Assembly: GCA_965261595.1 (NCBI GenBank)
Contig: CBDHDG010000005.1
Span: 800,001-864,000, forward strand
Length of the DNA stretch: 64,000 nucleotides
DNA from: a bacterium
GTDB lineage: Bacteria; UBA8248; JACPRG01; G963555815
Direction of reading: 5' to 3'
Made by a program: the position numbers and the translations under genes. The notes below the pieces were generated by a model. The model saw only the letters and a list, made by a program, of their open reading frames with translations. It searched no databases and was not told the origin of the DNA. Position 1 is the stretch's first letter, and each line of letters opens with the position of its first letter. Below are positions 39,112 through 49,702 of this stretch, piece after piece.

Positions 39112-39194
39112 TAGAGGCCTCCCCAGGGTCGAGCGGGATAGGTCGGTTGATCCGCGTTCGCGCCGCAAGGCATTAGACAGTTGAGAAATCGTGC

Positions 39195-39965
39195 TTAACC
39201 GATGACGCCTTCCGGGTGACGCTCCAGGACCTTCCAGTCGTGGCCGGGCAGGACGATCCCGTCCCGCTCCTTGATCCAGTCGAGCGCCCGGAGGGCTTCC
39301 AGTTGGTTGTAGCCGTTGCTGGGCCAACCGAGCTCGAGGCTTTCGTAGAACATGGCCGCGTCGCTGGCGAGGATGACTTCTCCGGCGGCGGTCTCGACGG
39401 TCACCGCCGTCAGGTCGGGGCTGTGGCCGCCCATCCGGAAGCATCGGACCCCGGGAAAGACTTCCGCGCCTTCTTCGACCAGACGGAACCGCTTCCCCAG
39501 CTCGCCTCGGAGGAAGTCGATAACCGGATAGGGAAACTGGCTGGGCGGGATCAGGCCGGGATGGGCCGGGGCGCTGATGGCCTCCCAGGAGGTTCGGACC
39601 ATGAGGATCTCGGCGTTGGGAAAATTCGTGATGTTGAGGCAGTGGTCGCCGTGAAGGTGCGTGAGAATGACGTGCCGGACCCCTTCAAGCTCGATGCCCA
39701 GGGTGGCCAACTGTGTCTCGGGGCTTTTTTCCGGGGGGATCTTCCAGGCCGCCTCCTCGCCGAACCGCTCGACGATTTCTTTGTTCAGCTCCACGGCCTG
39801 CTTCGCGCTGACCCCCACGTCGACCAGGACGGCGCCCGCTTCGCTTTGTATCACCCAGAAATACAGGGGGACGTGCAGGACCTCTCCGAAACGGCCCATG
39901 TAAAAGAAGGCGGGTCCCGGAAAGCCTTGTTGCCCGTACTGGATGATCCGAACCCGATTGCCCAT
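39195..39965 (-). CDS. AHL-lactonase-family MBL hydrolase
   Basis: THLHGDH, GGHS, LASDA and LPGHD. Confidence 0.85.
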   Translation of the reverse strand: MGNRVRIIQYGQQGFPGPAFFYMGRFGEVLHVPLYFWVIQSEAGAVLVDVGVSAKQAVELNKEIVERFGEEAAWKIPPEKSPETQLATLGIELEGVRHVILTHLHGDHCLNITNFPNAEILMVRTSWEAISAPAHPGLIPPSQFPYPVIDFLRGELGKRFRLVEEGAEVFPGVRCFRMGGHSPDLTAVTVETAAGEVILASDAAMFYESLELGWPSNGYNQLEALRALDWIKERDGIVLPGHDWKVLERHPEGVIG

Positions 39966-40021
39966 GTTGCGCGTCCTCCTCGCCCATCGGCGGATGCCGT
40001 GGAACCGGATTCGCCCGGCGC

Positions 40022-41324
40022 TTACTCCGCCGCCGAATTCCCGCCGGTTTCAGGGGTGTCCGGCTTTTTCCGGGGCGCCGAAAGGGCCGGGTCCCCGGAT
40101 TCTCTCAACAGGGTGTCCAGGCTCACGCCGGTCCAGACGGCCTGGTTGGCCCGATTCGCATTTTGGATCAACCTCATCAGACCGCTGTTCATGGGGTCCT
40201 CCGCCGGGTCCGGGACGACGGGGGTGAAGTCGCCGGCCGCCGCGATAACATCCTCCGCCTGGATGATATCCGGGGCCTTGGCGAGTAGATAGGTCTGATC
40301 TCTCTCGCCGGAAAGAACCAACAGCCTCGCCGCCGCCAATCGCTCGAGGATGGGGAACATGTCATTCCGGTTCAGCTTCAAGCGGTCCGCCAAGTCCTGA
40401 AGCCGGAGCGGCGGCTCCCCCCGATCGAATCCGCGGGCGATGTGAAGCATGGGCCTGCAAGGCGTAGCGCCACCGATGATTTTCGATCTCCGGCGGGATC
40501 GTCTCCCGATTCGGTGCGGGCTGATCGGCCCGACAGGCCAGCTCGGCGCCGAAGAGGATGAACCCCCAGGTCAGATACAGCCAGACGAGGAAAACGGGAA
40601 TGACGCCCAGGGAGCCGTAGACCTGATCGAACGTCGAGAAATGTCTCACGTAAGCCTCGAAACCCAGTTTGGCGCCCTCCCAGAGGCTTCCGGCGACGAT
40701 GGCCCCCGTCAGCGCCCCCCGCCAGGCGACGTCCGCTTTGGGAACGAACCGGTAGAGGCAAAAGAAAGCCGACCAGGTCAACAGAATCGGGAGGATGACC
40801 TCGCTCCAGACAATCATAGCGGGAATCCCGGCGACGGATCGGAACCAGGAGGACAGATAGATCGAACCGGCCATCAGAAACGGCGCCAGGGTCAAGACGG
40901 TCCAGAATGTGACGAACTCTTTGAAGGAGGAGCGGTTTCTCGCGTAGCCCCAGACCCGGGTGAGCGCGTGGTCCAGCGTCCGGAGGAGCGAGTAGGCCAT
41001 GACGATGAGGAAGAGCAGGCCGAAGACGGAAAGCGTCCCGGCGTTCTCGGAGAAGGTTTGGATGTGCCGGTAAATCACGTCCCCCGAGCTTACGATGAAA
41101 TGCGAAAGGAGTATCCGCCGGACCTGCTCCAACGAGGCCGTTGATTCGGGAAAGGCGCTGAAGACGGAGAAGGACAGAACGACGATGGGGATCAAAGAAA
41201 GGAGGCTGGTGTACGCGAGGGCCATCGCCCAGTAGGGGCAACCGTCCGCGAAAAACTTTTTCAGGGAATCCCCGGTCAGGATGCGGGCCTGTTGTAAGAA
41301 TTGGCGGACGGGCCGGACGGCCAT
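40022..41324 (-). CDS. YihY/BrkB inner membrane protein with a C-terminal HTH-like extension, frameshifted near 40452
   Basis: ALAYTSLLSLIP and VYGSLGVIPVFLVWLY..LFGAE; removing one C joins it to ORF 40022..40450. Confidence 0.85.
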
Positions 41325-41431
41325 TCAGAAAGATCCTCCTGCGGGTATTTTAGAAGAATTGGATGTGAATATTCGAGGGTTCGGGCGATTATCCGAAGAA
41401 AGAATCACTCGATGGCCAGGGGGCAAGTCCG

Positions 41432-41793
41432 ATGGGAAGACCGAACGCGGCCGGGATTTTGCTAGTGCTCGTTCTCGCGGCGGGGTGCGCGGGGATCCCC
41501 CCGGCCAAACGCATTTCGGACATGGCGGAGATCGCCGGAAGGTGGGAGGGCAACCTCGTGTTGAAAGCGCCGGAGCGACCTGGGTCCTGAATCGAGACGC
41601 GACGTTCGCGATGAATCACCCGTGGGGGACGGCGAGGGGAACCTGTCGGATTGTGGATGGAAGGATCCACTTTTCCAGCCGCGGCGCAACCTTCAGTGGA
41701 ATCGCCGGCCTGCGCGAGGGCGGCGGAGGGCGAATGCTGCTGAGTTGGCACGAGGACGGCGTCGCCTCGGGAGAATGGACACCGGCCCTGTAG
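41432..41793 (+). CDS. Small lipoprotein, frameshifted near 41565
   Basis: MGRPNAAGILLVLVLAAG-C lipobox; adding one A to the AAA run joins it to the GATWVLNRD...EWTPAL frame. Confidence 0.6.
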
Positions 41794-41817
41794 CCCCACC
41801 CGGGAGGGCGCTCCCGC

Positions 41818-43298
41818 TTATCGCGTATGCGTGAACCGGACCGACCGTTGTTTCAGATTTTTTCCGTTCGCGTCGTGGATCTGAGCAACCGCTTCCAGTT
41901 TATGTTTTCCTTTGCCCCGATTGAACTCGATGTTCGGCATGAAAATCTTGAAATCGGCGAATCTTGTGCTCTTGAATTTGGGCGTGAACGTTTCCTGGAC
42001 CGTAATGTAGCCGCTGCGCGTTTTGTATTGATTGGTCGCCGATTTGCGCGCATTGAGCCAGGCGGTTTGTCCCTCATACCTGAAAAAAACCGTGAACCGG
42101 CCTCTCCGGCCTTTATGGTTCATAATCAAGAAGTTCGTGTGGATCCACATGCCTTTTTTCTTGGCCTGGTATTGGTTGTGGACCAGCCAGACGCGCTTGA
42201 TCGCCGCCGTCGCCTTTTTCTCTCCCAGGCTGGCTACGCTCCCCCGCGCCCGCTGGGCGCCGCCCGTTCTTGTAATGTTGACCCGGAAGTCCACCTTCTT
42301 CGATGTCAGATCCTTCGCTCGGTCGTCTTGAATTTCCAGAACGGCCACCAGGTTGTGCCAACCTCTGGCCAGATTCAGCTCGTTGTACGGCATGAAGAGC
42401 TTGAAGTTCGGAAAGGTCGTACTCTTCTGTACTTGGGTGTAAACGCCTGTTGCATGGTGGCGGCGCCGTTCGGACTTTTGTAAATCGAGGACCCCGGCGT
42501 CGGGAGCGCCTTGATCCAGCCGCTTTGTCCTTTGAAGCGGAAGAAGGCGGCAAACCGGCCTTTCCGGCCCACAAAATTATTGATGGTGAACTTCCCGTGA
42601 ACGCGGATGCCCCGCCGTCCGCTCACGGTGACGTCGCGTTCGACCCGGGCCGTCTTAAACGCGGCATAGGGGCGAAGGGCGGGTTGAGGCTTGCGTGGCG
42701 TAGGTTTGGGCGCCCGCACGACGGGCTTTCGGGGAGTTCTCGGTTGGGGAGGCAGCTTTTCCACATAGGTCCTGCCCGCGATGACGTACGCCAGCTGCCG
42801 GCACATGTTCGAGATCTCGTTTACGCTGTTGCCCCGGATGTTCTTCCCGATTCGCGTGATGCCGGTCTGAACGTCGATGAAACGGGAATTGAGGGTGAAG
42901 GTGGTGCCCAGCTTGACGATGCTTCCGATGACGACGAGCTTAGCCCCGGAGAGCCGCCCGATCTTCACGGCCGTTTTCTCGTCGATCACGTCCTGGAGCT
43001 GGAGTTTTTGTTCTTTGAGGAGGGCTTCGATCTGGCCGCGCTCGACGAGCTCGAAGCCGCCGACGTCCACGAGCTCGGTCCTGAGAATCTCCGCAACAGC
43101 CTCGCCCATCTCTTTGGGCGCCCCGATGGACTTGAACGTCAGAACCGCCACCCGCTCGACCTTTTTTCTTTGGGCGAGGGCGGGCGCGGCCGCGATCGAC
43201 AGGACCAGAAGCCCCGTGACGAACACCGCAAGCCGGCGCAGGGAGGGGAGAGCGGGATTCTTCCGTCGGGAATGATTGAGTCGTCCGAGATTATCCAT
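41818..43298 (-). CDS. Exported CsgG/FlgO-like domain protein with a Pro-rich linker and two tandem repeats, frameshifted near 42425
   Basis: Signal peptide; RVAVLTF..LVERGQIEALLKEQKL..IGRLSGA; the repeat alignment continues across the two ORFs. Confidence 0.75.
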
Positions 43299-43727
43299 TT
43301 CCGGATGATCCTCGATTGGGGCGGAGCGCTTGCCGATTCTTCGGAGCGCTATCGCCGCGGCGACCTGAATGATAAAAATCCTACCTGGAATTCCCTGTCT
43401 GCGTCAATGCGAAATCCATCGAATTTTCCTGGGACATTTTCCATCCTTGCGGGCGGTGTTGTACACCCGAGGGTTACAAAACCAACCCGGCGGAATCCCA
43501 TCATTCAGTTGGACAGACCTCGGCGGGTTCAGGTTCTGTATCTTTTTATGAAATTTTCCTGGACTTCGACTGTGGTCGGGAGTCATTTTCCAATGAAGGG
43601 GTATTTGGCGGGCGGGGGGGACGAGGGAAACGCCGCCATGTGGATAGTCGTTCGTGTGGGAATCACAGGGAGTCAAAGGGATGACTGTGCATTTGAAAAA
43701 CAGGCCTAAACCAACAGGGGACGAATT

Positions 43728-44801
43728 GTGACCGTCGGGTCTGTCACCGGAGCGGCGGGCCTGACTCGGGAATTGCGCGACGCGCCGTTTCTCAAGGCCT
43801 GCCGCCGGGAGGAAACGGACCGCACGCCGGTCTGGCTGATGCGTCAGGCGGGCCGGTACATGAAGGAATACCGCGAGGTCCGCGCGAAGACTTCCTTTCT
43901 GGAGCTTTGCAAGAACCCGGCGCTGGCCGCCGAGGTCACCGTCCACGCGGCCGGGCGCATCGGGGCCGACGCGGCCATCCTCTTCTCCGACCTGCTGCCC
44001 ATCCTCGAACCGATGGGTCTCGGCCTCGAGTACACCCGGGGCGACGGGCCCGTCATCCACCGGCCGGTCCGGGACAGGGCCGACGTGGACCGTTTGTCCG
44101 AGGTGGCGCCGGAGGAATCGTTGGCCTTTGTATTCGAGGCCGTTCGCCTGTGCCGGGCCGAGCTGCCCTCCCACGTCCCGCTGATCGGTTTCGCGGGCGC
44201 GCCTTTCACGCTGGCGTCCTACGCCATCGAGGGCGGCGGCTCGAAGAGCTACGCCCACACGAAGGGCTTGATGCACCGGGATCCGGGCGCGTGGCGCGCG
44301 CTGATGGAAAAGCTGGTCCGGGCGTTGACGAAACACCTCAATGGACAGATCGCCGCCGGGGCGCAGGCCGTTCAGTTGTTCGACAGTTGGGTGGGCTGTC
44401 TCTCGCCGTCCGATTATCGGGAGTTCGTTCTGCCCCACAGCCGCGCCCTCATCCAGGGCCTGACGCCCGGAGCGCCGGTGCTCCATTTCGGGACGGGGAC
44501 AGGACTGTTCCTGGAGGACATGAAAGAGGCGGGCGGGGATGTCATCGGCGTGGACTTCCGGACGGAGTTGGACGAAGCCTGGGCGCGTCTTGGCGACGTG
44601 GCGGTTCAGGGAAACCTCGATCCGGCCGTTCTCCTCGCGGACCTGCCCTACATCCGAAAGCGGGTGGCGCGCGTCCTGGAGCAGGCCGGCGGGCGGATCG
44701 GCCACATTTTCAACCTCGGTCATGGCATCCTGCCGGAGACGCCGGTAGACAACGTGATTGCCCTCGTAGACATGGTTCATGAGATGAGCGGGCGCGGATG
44801 A
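43728..44801 (+). CDS. hemE: Uroporphyrinogen decarboxylase
   Basis: [36 protein letters not shown] and FNLGHG. Confidence 0.96.
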   Translation: MTVGSVTGAAGLTRELRDAPFLKACRREETDRTPVWLMRQAGRYMKEYREVRAKTSFLELCKNPALAAEVTVHAAGRIGADAAILFSDLLPILEPMGLGLEYTRGDGPVIHRPVRDRADVDRLSEVAPEESLAFVFEAVRLCRAELPSHVPLIGFAGAPFTLASYAIEGGGSKSYAHTKGLMHRDPGAWRALMEKLVRALTKHLNGQIAAGAQAVQLFDSWVGCLSPSDYREFVLPHSRALIQGLTPGAPVLHFGTGTGLFLEDMKEAGGDVIGVDFRTELDEAWARLGDVAVQGNLDPAVLLADLPYIRKRVARVLEQAGGRIGHIFNLGHGILPETPVDNVIALVDMVHEMSGRG

Positions 44802-45730
44802 GCGGCGCCATCGATGCCGTGTTGTTGATCGGGTTCGGCGGCCCGACAAAGCGGGAAGAGGTCCGTCCGTTCCTCGAGACCGTCCTCCGGAACCGGAAAG
44901 TCCCCCCCGGCCGGATTGATGAAGTCGAGCATCACTACGAGGTGTGCGGCGGGTATTCCCCCTTCAACGAGTTGACGTTCCGGCAGGCGGAGGCCCTGAA
45001 GGCCCGGTTGGAGGAATCGGGAGCGTCGATTCCGGTGTATGTGGGGATGCGCAACTGGCATCCGTTCATCAAGGACGCGGCGGGGCGGATGGCGGACGAC
45101 GGCGTCCGGAACGCCCTGGGCGTCATCATGGCCCCCCACCGGGCGAAGGCGAGTTGGGAAGCTTATCGGCAATCGGTCATCGAGGGTCTGAGGCCCCTGG
45201 GGGAGCGCGCCCCCGTTTTCGATTATCTGGACGGGTGGCACGGCCATCTCGGGTTCGTCGAGGCGGTTGCGGACCGCGTCCGGGAGGCGATCGGCGGGCT
45301 CGATGAGGCGAGGAAGGAAAAGGCCCTTTTGATTTTTACGGCCCACTCGATCCCGACGGGGATGGCCCGGCAGTCCCGTTACGCCGAGGAGTTCGCCGAG
45401 TCCTCGGCCGCCGTGGCGGAATCCCTGGGGATGAAGGCGTGGACGACGGCGTACCAGAGCCGGAGCGGCAGCCCGAGCGAGCCTTGGTTGGAGCCGGACG
45501 TGGAGGACGTGATCCGCAAGGCGGCGGGGCGCGGCGTCCGGGACATCGTCCTCGTCCCCATCGGTTTTCTATGCGACCACATGGAAGTTCTGTTCGACCT
45601 GGACGTCGAGGCCGTGGAAATCGCGAAAGAGTCCGGCGTTGGCCTCGTTCGGGCCGGGACAGTGGGGGACCACGCGAAATTCATTGGGATGCTGGCGGAG
45701 ATGATCCGGGCGAAGGCCGTGTGCGACTGA
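44798..45730 (+). CDS. hemH: Ferrochelatase (coproporphyrin/actinobacterial-like type)
   Basis: [29 protein letters not shown] and [14 protein letters not shown]. Confidence 0.92.
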   Translation: MSGAIDAVLLIGFGGPTKREEVRPFLETVLRNRKVPPGRIDEVEHHYEVCGGYSPFNELTFRQAEALKARLEESGASIPVYVGMRNWHPFIKDAAGRMADDGVRNALGVIMAPHRAKASWEAYRQSVIEGLRPLGERAPVFDYLDGWHGHLGFVEAVADRVREAIGGLDEARKEKALLIFTAHSIPTGMARQSRYAEEFAESSAAVAESLGMKAWTTAYQSRSGSPSEPWLEPDVEDVIRKAAGRGVRDIVLVPIGFLCDHMEVLFDLDVEAVEIAKESGVGLVRAGTVGDHAKFIGMLAEMIRAKAVCD

Positions 45731-45901
45731 GGCCGATGCCTCAGGGATTCACGCCGATGATTTTCGCCCGTCCCATGTCCAAATCTTTAGCCGCCGGATT
45801 GCCGGAATCCAAGGCTTGACTCCGTCCCAATGCCTTTTCCTGGACTGGGGGAGGAGGGGGGATTTGTGGGCGCACGCTGAAGCGCATCGGGAAAGAGGCC
45901 C

Positions 45902-46996
45902 TTGGCCATCCCTTCGGACTTGATAGTCGAGACCGGCCTTTCGCCCTCTCTTAGCGCGGCCGCGGACAGGTATTTGTTTTCCCGCCCGGGAGGGGGGGGA
46001 GGGCATCGGACCGGAACACGGCCGATTCTCCGCATCTACACGCTGGATCGGCCTTCTTTGTTGCTTGGCCGGTATCAACCGCTCCCGAATGGTTTTCCGC
46101 GAAACAAGAGCGTAGAGGAGATCGGTCGGCGCCTGACCGGCGGGCGGGCGGTCCCGGCGGGCCGCGGATTTATTGGGATTGCCTTCTTCCTGCCGAGCGC
46201 CTGGGATTTGACCGGAGACCCGAACCGCATCCTTTCCCCGGATCGCGTTCTGAATCGCTATGTTCGCGGCGTCATGCGAGGGTGTCACCGCTTCAAAGTC
46301 AGGGCGCTTTACATGGGCCGGGACGTCCTGACGGTGAATCACAAGAAGATCGCCCTTGCGGGCTTCACGTTATCGAAAGCCGGAGGCGTTTTGTTCGAGT
46401 GCCATCTGGCTCTTTCGGGAAACCTGGGAGAATTGGACCCGTCGTTTGATGGGGCGCCGAACCGGGAGAGCATCCTTTCCAGTCTCCTCACCCCTCCCGT
46501 TACGTCCGTGAAAGCGGAGGCCGGGCGGGATATCTCCCCGCGGGAGATGGCCGAATCCATCTGCGAGGGATCGGAGAGCCGATTGGGTCTCGTGTTTGAA
46601 GAGCGGGCCTGGACCACGCAGGAAAAGGAGGAGATCAGCCGACTCCAAAGAGCAGAGATCGAAAACGGGGGTTGGATCGAAGAAAGGGAGCCTCGCCCTT
46701 CGGAAACGAGCCGGGCCGATAGCGAAATTCAGCTTGGGCGGTTTTCCGTTGCCCTGGCCCTGGATAAGGACGGGAGCATTGCTTCCGCAACGCTGGCCGG
46801 AGACTTTCTGTCGGACGACAGAACGGTGTCCGAGCTGGAGACCGCGTTTCGCGGGGAGGCGTGCGAGTGGACGACACTCGATGCGCTCACCAAGCGGGTG
46901 CTCAACCGGCCGGGTCGCTTTATCCTGGGATTGGGGAATCTGCGGGTTGTGCCGGACACCCTGGTTGAAGCCGGGATGAGAACGGACAGCTATTGA
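45902..46996 (+). CDS. Lipoate-protein ligase family protein (start uncertain)
   Basis: LLGRYQ, RRLTGGRAV and DVLTVNHKKIA; C-terminal GDF domain. Confidence 0.75.
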   Translation: MAIPSDLIVETGLSPSLSAAADRYLFSRPGGGGGHRTGTRPILRIYTLDRPSLLLGRYQPLPNGFPRNKSVEEIGRRLTGGRAVPAGRGFIGIAFFLPSAWDLTGDPNRILSPDRVLNRYVRGVMRGCHRFKVRALYMGRDVLTVNHKKIALAGFTLSKAGGVLFECHLALSGNLGELDPSFDGAPNRESILSSLLTPPVTSVKAEAGRDISPREMAESICEGSESRLGLVFEERAWTTQEKEEISRLQRAEIENGGWIEEREPRPSETSRADSEIQLGRFSVALALDKDGSIASATLAGDFLSDDRTVSELETAFRGEACEWTTLDALTKRVLNRPGRFILGLGNLRVVPDTLVEAGMRTDSY

Positions 46997-47036
46997 TCTC
47001 TATATTATTAATGACCTATCTGCGTATTGCGTGAAA

Positions 47037-47110
47037 GGGCCGGTACAGAGCCCGGCCCCTACATGTCCATTCCGAAATCGCGTGTAGGGGCGGGGCTCCG
47101 CACCCGCCCC
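47037..47110. repeat. GTAG-type REP doublet, family 1, copy 2
   Basis: GGGCCGGTACAGAGCCCGGCCCCTACAT and the inverted GTGTAGGGGCGGGGCTCCGCACCCGCCCC. Confidence 0.75.
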
Positions 47111-47202
47111 AGAAGTGTCGGGGACCCCTCCAGGCTTTTTGTTGAGTCGCTCCGTGTAGGACATTATTTATGCCTTCCTCAATAGACGACGGATCAGGGC
47201 AT

Positions 47203-47233
47203 AAAAAACCTCCCGCCCTGCAAGGCGGGAGGT
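47203..47233 (-). terminator. Intrinsic terminator after the ferredoxin gene
   Basis: 10-bp stem ACCTCCCGCC/GGCGGGAGGT ending in a T6 run on the minus strand. Confidence 0.75.
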
Positions 47234-47254
47234 CTCCTGCGAAGCGGCGGCCGT

Positions 47255-47557
47255 TTATGTCCGAAAACGGGACAGGTCCGGAGTCAGGTCTTCCAGGTTC
47301 GGAACGTCCATGTCCGGATGAATGGCCTTGGCGCGGGTAAGAAGGACTTCTTCGGTTTCGTCGTTGTTGGGGTCCGCGACGCAGCAGTCCACCGGACATA
47401 CCACCGCGCATTGCTCTTCGTCGTGGAACCCGACGCACTCGGTGCAAGTGTTCGGGTCGATGACGAAAATGTCCTCGCCCTCGGTGATGGCCTCATTCGG
47501 GCATTCCGGCTCGCAAACCCCGCAATTGATGCACTCATCCGTAATCATCGTAGCCAT
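47255..47557 (-). CDS. YfhL-family 2[4Fe-4S] ferredoxin
   Basis: CINCGVCEPECP and CTECVGFHDEEQCAVVCPVDC; GGAGG RBS. Confidence 0.93.
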   Translation of the reverse strand: MATMITDECINCGVCEPECPNEAITEGEDIFVIDPNTCTECVGFHDEEQCAVVCPVDCCVADPNNDETEEVLLTRAKAIHPDMDVPNLEDLTPDLSRFRT

Positions 47558-47709
47558 GAAACCCACCTCCCGGCTTGAATTAATCTCATGTTTAGCGACT
47601 CCCCAACCCCTCGCCCCCGGTGGGCGATGAGCACCGGAAATATCGCTCTTCTCAATTATTGGGTCTGGTGTCTCTCTATGTCAATTCAACCCTCTTGATT
47701 TCGGGATTA

Positions 47710-48736
47710 CTAGAGAAGCCCCAGCCGTGCGGGGCGGGGTTTTCGGGGTGCGGGCCCGCTCCAGTATTCTCGGAGACCCTGATAGAGGACCTCGCAAAAC
47801 GACTCGATGAGCGGGACGCCGACGGGGTCGGTGTGGAGGCGGCCGCGGGCGGTCGCGTTTTCCGTCATCGAGACGGCGGCCTCGGCGGAGATGTCCAGCC
47901 GGCGCAAGACCCAAAGGGCCAATCCCGCGTTGACCGAAGGCTCAGTGTACCGGCCGTGGCCGCTGACCTTCCGGTCGTCGCCCGCCAGCCGCAGGACTTC
48001 CCCCACGGCGGCTCCCGCCAGAACCCCCTCGATGAGAGGGAACTGCTCCATCCCGTAGCGATAAGAGGTCCGCGGCCGAGGTTGGCAGGACGGCTTGCCA
48101 ATCGTTCTCGGCCATCATCCGGCAAACGCCCGCGGAGTACAGCTTATATCCGCTCATGAAGTCGGGCGGCTCGGCGTAAGCGGACAGGAACCGGAGGTCG
48201 AGGACCCGGCCCTCCGCGGCGAGGCGGTGGGTGAGGGCGGCGAGGGTCAGGCGATTGAGAAGAGCCTCGAACTCCCCGCGAATCCACCCGATGCTTCGGT
48301 GAACGTCGACGCGCCGTCCCGCGACGATGATCTCTCCCTCTACTCCCTGCGTCCGCATCCACTCCATGCACCGGTAGAGGTGCTCGATGTCTCCGACGTA
48401 ATGATCTCCGTCGCCGTCGCGAACCATGGCATAGGAAAAAGATTCCTCGCGCAGAAGCTCCCTGAGGCCGGCCGCCAGCGCGGCGCCCTTGCCACTGTTC
48501 TCTTCGCGGATGACGAGGCGAAAGGAAGCGCCGCCTCGCCGCTCGAATTCCGGTCGCAGGGAATTGAGAATCTCGGCCGAGCGGCCGTCTCCGTCCACAA
48601 CGAGGGCGACCTTGCCTGGGAGGACGTAATGCTCCACGCCGGTTAGGGTTCGGAGGAGGCGGTCCCGGATGATGTCTTCCGGGACCGCCTCGCTGAACCA
48701 GACCGGGATGACCATGGCCAAGTCGGAATAGGTCAT
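47710..48736 (-). CDS. Divergent GT2-family glycosyltransferase, frameshifted near 48063
   Basis: MVIPV, VVDG, NSGKGAAL, DGDGDH and DFMSGYKLYS; removing one T restores YRYGME. Confidence 0.7.
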
Positions 48737-48803
48737 GAAGGGGTTGCCGGCTGATCCGCCGGAAGGAGCGGACGGGACGGTCCGCCGAGATCCGAGGCGG
48801 TGA

Positions 48804-49268
48804 TCATTCCTCGATAATGTCTCCCGTGTACTCGATCTCGATCCCCCGCCTGACGCTCTGGGAGGCGGTGCATTTGCTTTCGTGGACGTCGAGCGCGCGC
48901 TCCGCCTCCTCGCGCTTGCCCTTGGGGATCTTGACGGTGTAATGGACGCGGATTCGGGTGATATAGGTCTTGCCGTCGATCCGCTCGATATCGCCTTCCA
49001 CCTGTGAAGAGAGCTTATCCGGGTGGCTCGGGATTCCGCGCGCTTCCAGCGCGCCTCCAAAGTTTCCCGTCATTCAGGACGCGACGGCGGTCACGATGTG
49101 ATCGAGCGTCGCTGGAAGGTCTTCAGGCGTCTCGATTCCGTAGATCGCCCTGATTCCGGGATGCATCCCGTAGCGGATGGGTTCAGGGAAGTCTTCGATA
49201 TAGCCCCGCCGGACGACGCCGGCGTCCTTTTCGACCCGCGAGTGGATGGTGTGAACAATTTCGCCCAT
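48804..49268 (-). CDS. OsmC/Ohr-family protein with selenocysteine (UGA at 49074-49076), 154 aa
   Basis: Two abutting in-frame ORFs read DHIVTAVAS-UGA-MTGNFGGAL; second Cys in KCTASQS; hairpin downstream of the UGA. Confidence 0.8.
49029..49069 (-). promoter_or_regulatory. Putative bacterial SECIS element
   Basis: CGGGA...GCGCGC-UGGAA-GCGCGC...UCCCG stem-loop with a G-containing apical loop about 26 nt after the UGA. Confidence 0.65.
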
Positions 49269-49429
49269 TGAGAAATCTCCTTTTCATCAACTGGAAATTG
49301 AATAAAGGCATGTTACAAAAGAACCCGTCGAAAGGAAAGGTTTGACGAGACATCCCGGGATAGAGAGCCGGCGGGCCGGCAACGCATTCATTCGTGGATT
49401 TCGCTCGGACGCCCGGACCAGCCCCGTGC

Positions 49430-49458
49430 TTGCTTTTGCGGGAATGGCTGATTATATT
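49430..49458 (+). promoter_or_regulatory. sigma70-type promoter for the bS22-like gene
   Basis: TTGCTT-17 nt-TATATT. Confidence 0.55.
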
Positions 49459-49609
49459 GGAACCATTGGAACAGTAGGTTCCTCTTTGTCCGGCCCTTCG
49501 CGCCGGGTGAAGCGCCTGTGTTCATTGGAAGGTGCGTTGGGTCGGCCGAGCCGGCTCCGGCGCGGTAAAAAGCGCGGCCCTGGCAGGGGTTGGAAAGGGA
49601 TTCCCGTTC

Positions 49610-49702
49610 ATGAGCAGTGTCGTCAAAAAGCGACGCAAGAAAATGCGCAAGCACAAGCATAAAAAGTTGATGGCGCGCAACCGTCATAAGAAGAAGAAAT
49701 AG
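49610..49702 (+). CDS. bS22 / AURKAIP1-COX24-domain small ribosomal protein (30 aa)
   Basis: MSSVVKKRRKKMRKHKHKKLMARNRHKKKK; AAAGGGA RBS; below the ORF track length cutoff. Confidence 0.88.
   Translation: MSSVVKKRRKKMRKHKHKKLMARNRHKKKK

Noticed and set aside
43300..43727. AT-richer spacer with repeated ATTTTCC and a TTGTA-N11-TACAA palindrome
   Set aside because: Short motifs with irregular spacing; consistent with an ordinary divergent promoter region and not assignable
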